Positions 17,028 through 29,179 of a stretch of 64,000 nucleotides of DNA are shown here, in pieces. Source of the stretch: an uncultured Chloroflexia bacterium. Lineage in GTDB: Bacteria > Chloroflexota > Limnocylindria > Limnocylindrales > CSP1-4. Numbering within the stretch: position 1 is the first letter of the stretch; the number at the start of each line of letters is the position of its first letter. Below the pieces are notes generated by a model. The model had not been told where the DNA came from and did not search any database. It saw only the letters and a list, made by a program, of their open reading frames with translations. The position numbers and the translations under genes were made by a program. The DNA lies in NCBI GenBank assembly GCA_963752475.1, contig CAVVYR010000006.1, forward strand, positions 448,001-512,000, given 5' to 3'.

Positions 17028-19819
17028 ATGTCCCGGCCCTGGCGCTCGATCCTGCCGTTCATCATCTCGTTCTCGCTCGTCTGCACCGGCGCGGCACCAG
17101 CGGCCGCTGTCGACTGGGCACCCTCGGACGGTCTCGTCGTGGGCGAGGTCGTGACTGGCGGCGCCAAGGGGGCGGACGAGTACATCGAGCTGTTCAACGC
17201 CGCTGGATCCCACCGGTCGCTGTCTGGACTCGAGCTGGTCTACGTGAGTGCCAGCGGGAAGTCGGTCACGCGCAAGAAGGTCTTCGCTGACGGTAGGGTG
17301 GAGGCCGGCGCGCGCGTCCTATTGGCCAATGCGGACGGTGCATTCGCCGGACTTGCCGACCACACGTACAACGGCGGCCTCAGCGGTGATGGTGGGTCGG
17401 TCGTGCTGCGTGTCCAGGGCGGCTCCGTCATCGACGCGCTCTCGTGGGGCTCGGCTGCATCCGACTTCGTGGAGGGCACGGCCGCCACCGCACCGCCTGC
17501 AGGCTCATCGGTGGAGCGGCTACCAGGAGACGGTGGCGACAATCGCCGGGACACGAACGACAACGCGAGCGACACTCGCGTCTCGAGCTCACCGGTGGCG
17601 CAGGGGTCCGGTGGCAGTCCGGTCGCGACGCCCACCCCCGAGCCCACCCCGAAGCCGACACCCGAGCCCACCCCGAAGCCGACACCCGAGCCCACCCCGA
17701 AGCCGACACCCGAGCCCACCCCGAAGCCGACACCCGAGCCCACCCCGAAGCCGACACCCGAACCGACACCGAAGCCGACACCCGAACCGACACCTGATCC
17801 AACGCCTGCGCCGACCCCCGGGCCCACTTCCGAACCGACGCCGGTGCCCACGCCGGCTCCGACACCGTCCGCTCCGCCCACCGCTGTCCCGACGGCGTCA
17901 CCACAACCGACCCATGCGCCCACGCCTGAGCCGAGCTCAGCGCCGCCGCCTGCCGTCGATATCGCCGAAGCGCGGGGCCGGGCTGTCGGCACTGAGACAA
18001 CGGTCGAGGGCACCGTCACGGTGCAGGCGGGCCAGATCCTCGGCGAGCGCACGCTGGTCATCCAGGACACCAGCGGAGGACTCCCCGTCCGTCTGCCTTC
18101 GGTCGATCTCGTCGACGAATACCCGCGTGGAACGGTCATCCGGGCCACCGGGGAACTGGCACAGCCCTACGGCAACCTCGAGCTGCGGTCCCAGGACGCC
18201 GATGACCTGACGACCATCGGCAGCGGTGGCCTGCCGGCCGTGACCACGTTGAGCAGCACCGGGCTATCGGAGGCCAACGAAGGTCGCCTGGCTACGCTCA
18301 CGGCCTCCATCGACGACGTCGACACGTACGAGAGCGGCGCTGTTTCGATCGCCATCAGCGACTCGCACGGCGACGGCAAGGTCTACGCTTTCGCGCCCCT
18401 TGCCCTCGATCCCGGCTCGCTCGAACGTGGACAGACGATCGAGGCCACCGGCATCGTCGGGCAACGGGCCAGCTCGTCCGGTGCTGCGGACGGCTACCGG
18501 CTCTGGCTGCGCGGTAGCGGGGATCTCTCGGTCGTGGCGGCCCCTGCGCCGACTCCCGCACCGAGTCCGACCGCGGTGCCAGACGACCTGACCGACGGCA
18601 CGGACCGACCCAAGTCAAAGCGCGTCAAGATCGCCGATGCCACCGTGGGCGAGACGGTGGTCATCGTCGGGACCGTAACGTCGAAGGCCGGACTCGTCGA
18701 CCCGGAGGGCCGACGAGTGGCGGTGCAAGACGCGTCTGGGGCCATCCTCGTCCGCTATCCGTCCGACACCACGCCGGCCAGGGTCGGCAGTGTCATCCGT
18801 GCGGTCGGCGAGGTCGGCACGTGGTTCGGCGCGCGGCAGATCGAAGCTGAGAAGGAGCCTCGCCGCAAGCGCACCCGATCCGTCCGCGCCGCGAACCTCC
18901 GGCGCCCGCCGGTCGAGTCGGATGAATGGCGGCTGGTCCGGGTCTCGGTTCGTATCAGCGACGTCGAGCGCTCGGGCGATACCTGGCGTGCCGAGGCGGA
19001 ACTGGCCAGCGGATCGACGCTGCCCATCATCGGTCTCGCCGGCAGCGGCATCGACGGCGGACTGCTCGAAGATGGTCGCAAGGCGCGCGTCACCGGCCTC
19101 GTCAAGCGGGCACACCCGTCGGCTACCGACCAGCGGTTCGCCGTTGCGCCCCGCTCACGCAAGGACATCCGCCTCGGGCGGCTTCTGGGCGCGGTCGACG
19201 ACGACGAAACGACGACGACGAACACGACGATGACGACGACGATGCCGGCCGCGCCATCGGAACCGCTGTGGCCGGCGGTGATGCGGGCGTGCTCTCCGCC
19301 ACCTTTGGGTCGCTCGATGATCTCGAGGGCCGGCTCGTGCGGGTCGGCGGCCGCGTCGAATCCGTCGCGCGACGACGCCTGACGCTCGATGACGGCACGG
19401 CCAGGGGGACCGTGCGCCTTGCCGACACGATCGGGCGGATCGACGCCGACTTCGAGGTGGGTGAGGTCATCAACGTGATCGGACGGGTCGAGCGGCGAGG
19501 TGGTCGGTCGCCGGAGGTGGTGGTCGCGTCCGCGGCCGACCTGCGTCGCGCCGCTGCGGTCGACATCGCCCGCAGCGAGTCCACGCAGCCGGTGTCGGCG
19601 GCGGTCGCCCCGGGCGCGCTGGCCGACGTGGCGGCCTCTAAGAGGCCGAGCGGCTTGGGCGAGCCGGCACCCGTGTCGTTCGCGGTCTGGCCCGCTGTCG
19701 CCCTCGTTGCCCTGGGGTTGCTCTCGCTCGGATCGGTGTCAGGTGCCGCCTTCCTTGCCTGGCGGGCGGCCCGTCCTTCACGCCCTGCCGAAGGGTCTGA
19801 TGCTGAGGGTGCCGGCTAG
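17028..19819 (+). CDS. Secreted, C-terminally anchored lamin-tail-domain protein with Pro/Thr linker and several OB-fold-like domains (apparent frameshift near 19208)
   Basis: Signal peptide, EYIELFN LTD motif, [16 protein letters not shown] repeats, repeated IQD/VQDASG OB-like units; reading continues in the 18926..19819 frame to a TM anchor. Confidence 0.7.
17637..17780 (+). repeat. 24-bp tandem repeat encoding PEPTPKPT x6
   Basis: CCCGAGCCCACCCCGAAGCCGACA x5 perfect (17637-17756) plus one synonymous variant. Confidence 0.95.
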
Positions 19820-19928
19820 CCGATGACCTCGCTCTCAGGCGGTACCGCTGACTGCTTGCATGCGAGGACTACAGTCGTCGCTCCGGGGGATGTCTCGACG
19901 AGCCGAATGCAGCGCAAGGAACCACCTG

Positions 19929-21017
19929 ATGACCACCCCCGCCATCACCGAGACCCCCGCACCATCGACCACGCCTGACGCGCTCGCGGAGAAGGTCTTC
20001 GAGTCCATCCTCGGGACGCTCGACGTCTTCGCCATCTACGTCGGCGATCGACTGGGCTATTACAAGCAGTTGGCCGAGCACGGCCCGCTCACGCCGCACG
20101 AGCTGGCCGAGCATGCCGCGACCATCGAGCGCTACACCCGTGAGTGGCTGGAGATGCAGGCCGTCTCCGGCTACCTCGAGGTCAGCTACGACGATCCCCG
20201 CCGCTTCTCCCTCCCCGAGGGGCACGCGGAGGCTCTGACCGACCACCTCAGCCTCGGCTACGTGACACCTCTGGCGCGCATGATCTCTGCCGCCGGCCTG
20301 AAGCTGCCCGACATCGTGGATGTCCACCGCAACGGCGAGGGAGTCTCGTGGGAGGCCTTCGGCCATGACATGCGCGAGTCGCAGGGCGACATGAACAGGC
20401 CCTTCTTCCTCAACCTCCTGGCCAAGGAGTGGTTCGGCAGCATCGACGACATCGACCGGCGGCTCGCGGACGGCGCCCGCGTCGCCGACATCGGCTGCGG
20501 CCACGGCTGGTCGGCCATCGCGTTGGCCCAGGGATACGATCGCGTGATCGTCGACGGCTACGACCTCGACGTGCCCTCGATCGAGAGCGCCACGCGTCAC
20601 GCCGCCGAGCAGGGCGTCGCCGAACGGGTGAGCTTCCACGCGGCCGATGCGGGCGACCCCGGTGTCGAGGGCCACTACGACCTCGTCACCGCCTTCGAGT
20701 GCATCCACGACCTGCCTGACCCCATCGCCACGCTGCGCACGATGAAGCGTCTCGCGGGCGACGACGGCATCGTGGTGGTCATGGACGAGAAGGTCTCGGA
20801 GTCGTTCTCGCCCGACGCCGACGAGGTCGAGCATCTGATGTACGGCTTCTCCAACTTCATCTGCCTGCCCGACGGCATGTCCCACGGCCACTCCGCCGGG
20901 ACCGGCACCGTCATGCGGCCTGACACCCTGCGTGGCTACGCCCGCCAGGCTGGCTTCGACGACGTCGAGATCCTGCCCATCGAGACCGGCTTCTGGCGCT
21001 TCTACCGCCTCCTGTAG
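19929..21017 (+). CDS. Class I SAM-dependent methyltransferase with N-terminal wHTH (Rv2258c-like)
   Basis: GDRLGYY..ERYTREWL, VADIGCGHG, FECIHD, GTVMRP; AAGGA SD. Confidence 0.88.
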   Translation: MTTPAITETPAPSTTPDALAEKVFESILGTLDVFAIYVGDRLGYYKQLAEHGPLTPHELAEHAATIERYTREWLEMQAVSGYLEVSYDDPRRFSLPEGHAEALTDHLSLGYVTPLARMISAAGLKLPDIVDVHRNGEGVSWEAFGHDMRESQGDMNRPFFLNLLAKEWFGSIDDIDRRLADGARVADIGCGHGWSAIALAQGYDRVIVDGYDLDVPSIESATRHAAEQGVAERVSFHAADAGDPGVEGHYDLVTAFECIHDLPDPIATLRTMKRLAGDDGIVVVMDEKVSESFSPDADEVEHLMYGFSNFICLPDGMSHGHSAGTGTVMRPDTLRGYARQAGFDDVEILPIETGFWRFYRLL

Positions 21018-21159
21018 CCCGCGCTCGGGGGCGCGCTGCCTCGGCGGCTTCCGCCCGAGCGTGGACCGAGCGTGCGAGTTCGGCTTGCAGACACGCCCGG
21101 CTGTGACTATCGTTCCGCGCAGTCCTCGCGAAGGCCGAGGTTAAAGACAAGGAGGCAAC

Positions 21160-22017
21160 GTGCCCGACGCGGACCCGCTCGTCACGCTGCCTGACTCGGA
21201 CCGCCAGTACCATATCGACCTCGCCCCCGGAGAGGTGGCTGACTACATCCTGCTGCCCGGCGACCCCGAGCGAGCCGACGTCATCGCCGGCATGCTCGAC
21301 GACGTCGAGGTCCACCGCCGACACCGAGAGTTCAACTCGGTCACTGGCACTCACAAGGGCCTCCGCATCTCGGTCGTGGCCACCGGCATCGGCACTGACA
21401 ACGTCGAGATCGTCATCGCCGAGATCCTGGCCATCGTCGAGCGCCCCCCGACCTTCATCCGTATCGGCTCCTGCGGCACGCTGCGCGAGGACATCGCGCT
21501 CGGCGAGCTCATCGTCACCACTGGGGCGGTTCGCCTCGAGTCGACGACCAAGTACTACGTCGAGGAGGGCTACCCGGCCGTGGCCGACTACGCCGCTGTC
21601 GCTGCTTTGCTCGAGGCCGCCCACCGCACCGGTCGGCCGGCACACCCCGGGATCACCGCCACCGCGCCCGGCTTCTATGGTCCGCAGGGCCGGCCCATCC
21701 CCCAGTTGCCCATCCGCTTCCCCGACCTGGCCGACCGCATGGCCCGCCAGGGGGTGGTCAACTTCGAGATGGAAGCGTCGGCGGTGCTGACGCTGTCGGC
21801 CCTGGCAGGCAGCCGGGCCGGTGTGGTCTGCACCGTCTACGCGCAGCGGCGCGAGGGCGCGTTCGTCACGGGGGAGCAGAAGGCTCGCGCTGAAGCGGGC
21901 CTCATCGACACGGGCCTGGAGGCCCTGCACGTGCTCTCCGAGATGGACGCACAGCGGGCCCGTTCAGGCGAGAAGCACTGGCGGCCGTCACACTGGGCGC
22001 CAGATTTGGCAACCTAG
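21160..22017 (+). CDS. udp: Uridine/nucleoside phosphorylase
   Basis: QYHI, LLPGDPER, REF, TGIG, IRIGSCG, NFEMEAS motifs; AAGGAGG SD. Confidence 0.87.
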   Translation: MPDADPLVTLPDSDRQYHIDLAPGEVADYILLPGDPERADVIAGMLDDVEVHRRHREFNSVTGTHKGLRISVVATGIGTDNVEIVIAEILAIVERPPTFIRIGSCGTLREDIALGELIVTTGAVRLESTTKYYVEEGYPAVADYAAVAALLEAAHRTGRPAHPGITATAPGFYGPQGRPIPQLPIRFPDLADRMARQGVVNFEMEASAVLTLSALAGSRAGVVCTVYAQRREGAFVTGEQKARAEAGLIDTGLEALHVLSEMDAQRARSGEKHWRPSHWAPDLAT

Positions 22018-22128
22018 TACGGTCGAACGTGCGAACACCGTGCTGACAACCAGCGAGACCCGACAAGTGATCGGGTCCGAGACGGTACCGAGCTCGACCT
22101 CAAGCTCGGAGGGACAGGAGGAACAGGG

Positions 22129-22269
22129 ATGGCCGAAGCCTATTGCGTCAAGGACAAGCAGAAGGTCGAGATCCAGAACCCGCAGAAGATCACCATGAAG
22201 AACGGTAAGCCGGCCACGAAGGGCACGTGCCCCAAGTGTGGCGGTAGCGTCTTCCGCATCGGCGGCTGA
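22129..22269 (+). CDS. 46-aa basic Zn-ribbon-like protein (DUF5679-like), not in the ORF track
   Basis: MAEAYCVKDKQKVEIQNPQKITMKNGKPATKGTCPKCGGSVFRIGG; AGGAGG SD; own terminator. Confidence 0.85.
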   Translation: MAEAYCVKDKQKVEIQNPQKITMKNGKPATKGTCPKCGGSVFRIGG

Positions 22270-22289
22270 CGACCCCTTCTGACGCAACG

Positions 22290-22320
22290 GAGACCCCGGT
22301 CGCACCGACCGGGGTCTCTT
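22290..22320 (+). terminator. Intrinsic terminator-like hairpin
   Basis: GAGACCCCGGTCG-CAC-CGACCGGGGTCTC, a 13-bp perfect stem followed by a short TT. Confidence 0.75.
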
Positions 22321-22420
22321 GCTGTCCGACTCAGCGACCAGCCGGCTGGTCTGACGACAGAGCGTTGAATGAGCAACGCGCGGTCGCGTGCGTCACTGGC
22401 GCTGACTAGACTGGTGGCTG

Positions 22421-23428
22421 ATGCCCACCAGCTACCTGCGCGGACCCGTCCTTGCCCTCGATCTCGGCGCCACCAACGCGCGCGCCGCCGTGGTCACTCC
22501 CGACGGGGCGGTGCACGCCCGTCAGGCGGGTGCCACGCCCAAGGCGGACGGCCGCGTGGCCATCGTCGACCACTGCCGACAACTGCTGCTTCGGGCCCGT
22601 GACGGGCACATCGCCGCCGGTGGCGCGGCGCCCATCGCCTTCGGGCTGACGGCGCCCGGCCCCGTCGATCCCCGCACCGGCGCCTTCATCGACCCGCCCA
22701 ACATGGGCCCCGAGTTCTTCGGCTATCCCATCGCGCCCACCCTGGGCGATGCGCTGGAGCTGCCCTGGGCCATGGGCAAGGACACCAACGTGGCCATCCT
22801 CGGCGAACGCGACTTCGGGGCAGGGGAGGGTTCGGGCGACCTGGTCTACTTCACGATCTCGACCGGCGTCGGCGGCGCCGCGATCTCGGGGGGCCGCCCG
22901 GTCGTCGGGCCCGATCTGGTGGCCGGCGAACTCGGACATATCACCGTGGACATGGAGGGACCGCTCTGCGGCTGCGGCGGTGTCGGCCACGTCGAGTCCT
23001 TCGCCAGCGGCACCGGCATCGCCGCCCGCGCCCGCGACGCCCTGGCGTCAGGTGCGGAGGCGCCCGAGCTGCGCCGTATCGCCGCCGAGATCGCACCCGA
23101 GCCGCTCACCGCCATCCACGTGAGTGATGCCGCGGACTTGGGCGATTCGACGGCATCCCGCATACTGGAGCGGGCTCGACGGGCCGTGGCCGTCGCGGTG
23201 GTCTCCATCGTCAACGTCTTCGGCCCCGACGTGGTCATCCTCGGAGGTGCCATCTCGCTCGCGTGGGGGGAGCGACTGATCACACCGGCAAGAGAGGCCG
23301 TGGCCAAGTCCGCGTTCCGGATCCAGGCGCAGCGAGCGAAGATCGTGCAGGCCGCACTCGGCGATGACGTCGGGCTTATCGGCACGGTCCCTCTCGTCGC
23401 ATCGGCACTGCCGGAGCTGGCCCACTAG
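22421..23428 (+). CDS. ROK family sugar kinase (glucokinase-like)
   Basis: DLGAT, STGVGG, GELGH, CGCGGVGHVE motifs; upstream of gap. Confidence 0.88.
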   Translation: MPTSYLRGPVLALDLGATNARAAVVTPDGAVHARQAGATPKADGRVAIVDHCRQLLLRARDGHIAAGGAAPIAFGLTAPGPVDPRTGAFIDPPNMGPEFFGYPIAPTLGDALELPWAMGKDTNVAILGERDFGAGEGSGDLVYFTISTGVGGAAISGGRPVVGPDLVAGELGHITVDMEGPLCGCGGVGHVESFASGTGIAARARDALASGAEAPELRRIAAEIAPEPLTAIHVSDAADLGDSTASRILERARRAVAVAVVSIVNVFGPDVVILGGAISLAWGERLITPAREAVAKSAFRIQAQRAKIVQAALGDDVGLIGTVPLVASALPELAH

Positions 23429-23596
23429 AGGCGACCATACGGGCGCGGCCGCAGTGTCGGCGGGCGCCACCACATAGCGTCAGGACCCGGAATCGTCACG
23501 TCCGTGTGCCCGGTCGACCTGACAACATGACCAGATGAACTGCTCGCTCCCCGGCGATCGACCGGCGTAGCGCAGCGCGTAGAAGGAGTCCCATCC

Positions 23597-24604
23597 ATGA
23601 CCACTCGTGTCGGCATCAACGGCTTCGGTCGCATCGGCCGCCAGTCGCTCAAGGCCCTCATCGAGCGCACCCCGGACGCGGAAGTCGTCGCTATCAACGA
23701 CCTCATGTCGGTCGAGCTGAACGCACTCCTCTTCCAGCGTGACTCCACGTACGGCACGTTCGACGGCACCGTCGAGCACACCGAGAACTCGCTCATCGTC
23801 AACGGCAACGAGATCAAGGTCCTGCAGGAGAAGGATCCGGCTGCCCTGCCCTGGGGTGACCTCGGCGTCGACATCGTCATCGAGTCCACCGGCATCTTCA
23901 CCGACGCCACCAAGGCCGCCGGCCACCTCGAGGGCGGCGCCAAGAAGGTCCTCATCTCCGCCCCCGCGAAGAACGAAGACGCCACCATCGTGCTCGGCGT
24001 CAACGAGGACATCTACGACCCGGCCAACCACCACGTCGTCAGCAACGCCAGCTGCACCACCAACTGCCTCGCACCGGCCGCCAAGGTCGTGCACGACGGT
24101 TGGGTCATCAAGCGCGGCCTGATGAACACCATCCACAGCTACACCAACGACCAGAAGGTCCTCGACGTCTTCCACAAGGACCCGCGCCGCGCCCGTGCTG
24201 CCGGCCTGAACATCATCCCGACCACGACCGGTGCGGCCAAGGCCCTGGCCCTCGCCATCCCCGATCTGAAGGGCAAGTTCGACGGCTTCAGCCTGCGCGT
24301 CCCGACCCCCACCGTGTCGGTCGTCGACTTCACCGCCGAGCTCGAGAAGGAAGCCACCGCCGAGGAGCTGAACGCGGCCTTCACCGCCGCGGCTGAAGGC
24401 CCGATGAAGGGCATCCTCGGTGTCGAGACCAACCCGCTCGTCTCGATGGACTTCAAGGGCGATGAGCGCAGCTCGATCATCGACGCCCCGAGCACCATGA
24501 GCCTCGGTGGCAACTTCGTGAAGGTCCTCGCCTGGTACGACAACGAGTGGGGCTACAGCTGTCGCGTGGCTGACCTCGTCAAGTACATGGGTGACCGCCT
24601 CTAA
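23597..24604 (+). CDS. gap: Glyceraldehyde-3-phosphate dehydrogenase, type I
   Basis: [26 protein letters not shown]. Confidence 0.98.
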   Translation: MTTRVGINGFGRIGRQSLKALIERTPDAEVVAINDLMSVELNALLFQRDSTYGTFDGTVEHTENSLIVNGNEIKVLQEKDPAALPWGDLGVDIVIESTGIFTDATKAAGHLEGGAKKVLISAPAKNEDATIVLGVNEDIYDPANHHVVSNASCTTNCLAPAAKVVHDGWVIKRGLMNTIHSYTNDQKVLDVFHKDPRRARAAGLNIIPTTTGAAKALALAIPDLKGKFDGFSLRVPTPTVSVVDFTAELEKEATAEELNAAFTAAAEGPMKGILGVETNPLVSMDFKGDERSSIIDAPSTMSLGGNFVKVLAWYDNEWGYSCRVADLVKYMGDRL

Positions 24605-24638
24605 GAGACCGGCTTCGGCCGCCTCGAAGGCAACTGAC

Positions 24639-25844
24639 ATGGAAAAGCTCACCATCCGGGACTTCGACCCTCGGGGCAAGCGTGTCCTGATGCGCGTCGA
24701 CTTCAACGTCCCGATCGAGGATGGCCGGGTGCGGGATGACTCCCGCATCCGTGCTGCCCTCCCCAGCATCGTGTACCTGCTCGAGCACGGCGCCTCGATC
24801 GTGCTCATGAGCCACCTCGGCCGCCCCAAGGGCAAGGTCACCGACTCGCTGCGTCTCCGCCCGGTCGCGCAGCGCCTGTCGGACCTCATCGGCCGCCCCG
24901 TGCCTGCCACCGGTGACTGCATCGGCCTCGGCACCACGGACGCGGTGAACCGCATGAAGCCCGGCCAGCTGCTGTTGCTCGAGAACCTTCGCTTCCACGC
25001 AGAAGAGACCGACAACGATCCCGAGTTCGCGGCGCAGCTCGCGGCCTACGGAGACGTCTACGTCAACGACGCGTTCGGCACTGCGCATCGCGCGCACGCC
25101 AGTACCGTCGGTGTAGCCGAGATCCTGCCGGCCTACGCGGGCCTGCTCATGGAGCGGGAGATCCGCAACCTTGGCGCGCTCATGCAGGACCCTCAGAAGC
25201 CGTACGCGGCGATCATCGGCGGAGCCAAGGTCTCTGACAAGATCAAGGTCCTCGACTCGCTCATGGAACGTGTCGACAAGATGGTCATCGGTGGCGGCAT
25301 GGCCAACACCTTCCTGGTCGCCCAGGGCTACACCGTCGGCAAGAGCCTGCTCGAGCAGGACCGTGTCGATGACGCCACGCGCATCATGAAGGTGGCCGAG
25401 AAGAAGGGCCTGGAGCTGCTGCTCCCGACCGACGTGCTGGTGGCCAAGGAAGTCACCCGCGGCGCCGAGCACAAGATCGTGCCCGTCAAGAAGATCCCCA
25501 ACTCGTGGTCCGCGGTCGACATCGGCCCCGACTCCCGCGAGGCCTTCGAGGCTGCCCTGGCCGACTGCATGACGGTCGTCTGGAACGGCCCCATGGGCGT
25601 CTTCGAGGTCCCCACCTTCGGCGACGGCACGCGCGGCATGGCCCGCATGCTGGCCGATCGCGTCGACGCTGGTGCGTCGGTCGTGGTCGGTGGCGGCGAC
25701 TCGGTCGCGGCCATCGAGGAGTTGGGCCTGACGAAGCGTTTCACCCACATCTCCACCGGCGGTGGCGCCTCCCTCGAGTTCCTCGAGGGCAAGGAGCTGC
25801 CGGGCATCAAGGTCCTGCAGGACCGTACGGAGGGAGTCGCTTAG
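24639..25844 (+). CDS. pgk: Phosphoglycerate kinase
   Basis: RVDFNVP, SHLGRP, NDAFGTAHRAHAS, STGGGASLEFLEG. Confidence 0.98.
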   Translation: MEKLTIRDFDPRGKRVLMRVDFNVPIEDGRVRDDSRIRAALPSIVYLLEHGASIVLMSHLGRPKGKVTDSLRLRPVAQRLSDLIGRPVPATGDCIGLGTTDAVNRMKPGQLLLLENLRFHAEETDNDPEFAAQLAAYGDVYVNDAFGTAHRAHASTVGVAEILPAYAGLLMEREIRNLGALMQDPQKPYAAIIGGAKVSDKIKVLDSLMERVDKMVIGGGMANTFLVAQGYTVGKSLLEQDRVDDATRIMKVAEKKGLELLLPTDVLVAKEVTRGAEHKIVPVKKIPNSWSAVDIGPDSREAFEAALADCMTVVWNGPMGVFEVPTFGDGTRGMARMLADRVDAGASVVVGGGDSVAAIEELGLTKRFTHISTGGGASLEFLEGKELPGIKVLQDRTEGVA

Positions 25845-27149
<1,305 letters not shown>

Positions 27150-27158
27150 CACGACCGC

Positions 27159-27845
27159 TTGACACTCGAAGGGCCTCGTCCCGAGGAGGCGGGTCCGCAG
27201 GTCGACCCTGCGGGCGCGCCGATCGAGGACGCCTGGCCTGAAGAAGAACCATCGGGAAGCACCCGATCCGGCGAGGGTCGGGTGCTTGACCGTGGTGCCA
27301 TCTTCGCCGCCATGGTCGGCCTGGGCATGGCCATCACCATCGCCATCAGCTTCGGGCTGGTGGTGGCGGTCCAGCCGCTGGTCTTCATCTCCGCCCCGCT
27401 CGCGGGCCTGACCATCGGCTGGTACGCCAACCACAAGTCATTCCGCTGGCGACCACGCTGGCGACTCTTCGGTAACGCCGCCTTCGCCGGCGCCGTGACC
27501 GGCCTGAGCCTGGCCCTGTTCTACGTGGGCATCCGGCTGCTCTTCATCTATGCCGACTCCGGCTACCGGCCGGAGCCCATGGGCGGCCAGTTCGAGTGCT
27601 CCAACGGTCCCGAGTGCACGTACGTGCGCATGATCGAGGACCCCGACAACGCACAAGCGTTGCTCGACGAGGGCATCACCGACGTCGACTCCTACACCTC
27701 GTTCGTATGGCGCACGTCATGGGAGTGGACGCTGCAGCTGACCGGCTTCACCATCATCGGCGCCTTCGTGCCGGCCGCCTGGCGCGCCTGGAAGCCGGCT
27801 CCCTCGGACGAGGAGATCGAAGCGGCGATGGCCGCGACTGGCTGA
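27159..27845 (+). CDS. Hypothetical membrane protein
   Basis: About 4 hydrophobic segments, a loop with two Cys, high-GC3 codon pattern; start uncertain. Confidence 0.6.
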   Translation: MTLEGPRPEEAGPQVDPAGAPIEDAWPEEEPSGSTRSGEGRVLDRGAIFAAMVGLGMAITIAISFGLVVAVQPLVFISAPLAGLTIGWYANHKSFRWRPRWRLFGNAAFAGAVTGLSLALFYVGIRLLFIYADSGYRPEPMGGQFECSNGPECTYVRMIEDPDNAQALLDEGITDVDSYTSFVWRTSWEWTLQLTGFTIIGAFVPAAWRAWKPAPSDEEIEAAMAATG

Positions 27846-27921
27846 GTCTCCTCCGCAGGCGCCGTGCACTTCACCACGGCGACACCGACCGTGGCATCGC
27901 GGACCTAGCCGGTCCTGTCGG

Positions 27922-28293
27922 TCAGACCGATGCTGCGAGCTTGCCTACGACGTGGCCGAGCACCTGCGACATCTGGTCGTGGGGGCTGAACTCCACCATC
28001 CGGACCGCCTCGTCGACCACGATCGTGTGCCCCGACGGCCAGTAGTAGAGATCGCCTGCCTCGACGACCTCCTGGCTGCCATCCTGGTAGCTCACACGGA
28101 TACGACCCTCGATGACATAGCCCCAGTGTGGACACTGGCAGTGATCCTGCTCCAATCCCTCGAGCAGCGGGCCGAAGTCCAGGCCGGCCGGGTACTCCAT
28201 GTAGGCGGTCGTGGTCCCGCCCCAGTCCTGGCCTCGAACCATCTCGCCGAGGGCTTCGTGGGCGATCGGTAGATCTTGGGTCCTGCTCTTCAT
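27922..28293 (-). CDS. Cupin-domain protein
   Basis: CQCPHWGYVIEGRI..AGDLYYWPSGH..EFSP; AGGAGG SD before ATG 28293. Confidence 0.8.
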   Translation of the reverse strand: MKSRTQDLPIAHEALGEMVRGQDWGGTTTAYMEYPAGLDFGPLLEGLEQDHCQCPHWGYVIEGRIRVSYQDGSQEVVEAGDLYYWPSGHTIVVDEAVRMVEFSPHDQMSQVLGHVVGKLAASV

Positions 28294-28475
28294 GCCGCGC
28301 CTCCTGCTACGTCGAGACGCGCCCTGGTCCGGCGCGCTTGGTTCGATGGTGGGCAAGGGGCCCCATCGCGTCTGCGGCGATCGGACACGTTCCGTGACGG
28401 ATACGCGACTGCACAGCATGGGGGTCAGGCGGTACCAGACGCGGGTGCCCACCGGAGCTGCTGTCTCGAGTGGGC

Positions 28476-28910
28476 CTACTCGACGGATCTTCGTACGAGC
28501 TCGGAGATCCGCTGTTCGTTCGCCTCGGCGGGTTCGGTGATCGCGAACGAGACCGGCCACATGCTGCCGTCATCGAGCGCGGCTGCGTCGTTGAACCCGA
28601 TCGTCGCGTAGCGTGCCTCGAACTTGGCCGCGCCCTGGAAGAAGCAGACGACGGTCTTGCCCCCGATCGAGTAGGCCGGCATGCCGTACCAGGTCTTGGG
28701 CCACAGGTCTGGCGCGTTTCGAGCGACGATGGCATGGAACCATTCCGCGAGGACGCGATCGGCCTCGGGCATCTCGGCGATCGCTGCGAGCACCGCCCCC
28801 TCGCCATCGGCGCGCTTCTTGCTCGCACGCGCCTCGGCCTTGAGCTCTCTGGCCCGTTGCTTCATGGCAGCCTGTTCGGCCTTCGAGAAGCCGTCGCTGG
28901 ACTTGGTCAT
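28476..28910 (-). CDS. DUF1801/YdhG-like protein
   Basis: KTWYGMPAY, CFFQ, RYATIGF, MWPVSFA. Confidence 0.8.
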   Translation of the reverse strand: MTKSSDGFSKAEQAAMKQRARELKAEARASKKRADGEGAVLAAIAEMPEADRVLAEWFHAIVARNAPDLWPKTWYGMPAYSIGGKTVVCFFQGAAKFEARYATIGFNDAAALDDGSMWPVSFAITEPAEANEQRISELVRRSVE

Positions 28911-29109
28911 TCGCACGCTCCCATGGGACGATGATCGGGCTAGACCCTAGCAATCTGCGCTACTACGCCGTACCTCTCTTCGCACGGCCACGCTCTCAGC
29001 CTCCGGACGCAGGGAAGCTTACGCAGTAACGAGCACGCGCAGGGCGACCGCGCGGCAGACGCACATGACCTGTCTAACCCGTCGCAGCCTTCGACCGATC
29101 GGCCCACAG

Positions 29110-29141
29110 AAAAGCGGCGGTCCCGCGTGGGGCCGCCGCTT
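29110..29141 (-). terminator. Intrinsic terminator of rpsT
   Basis: Minus strand AAGCGGCGGCCCC-ACGC-GGGACCGCCGCTT followed by TT. Confidence 0.75.
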
Positions 29142-29179
29142 CCGGGCTGTCGAGAGAGCTCAGGGAGGGGAGTGGCTCC

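Noticed and set aside
17637-17780. 24-bp direct repeats as a possible CRISPR array
   Set aside because: The units are contiguous with no unique spacers, keep the reading frame and encode a PEPTPKPT linker; no cas genes are present.
22025-22036. GAACGTGCGAAC as a third LexA box
   Set aside because: The second half-site has two mismatches to GTTC.
28950-29100. Intergenic stretch between the DUF1801 gene and the rpsT terminator as a possible ncRNA
   Set aside because: No recognisable RNA family motif or convincing stem structure by eye.
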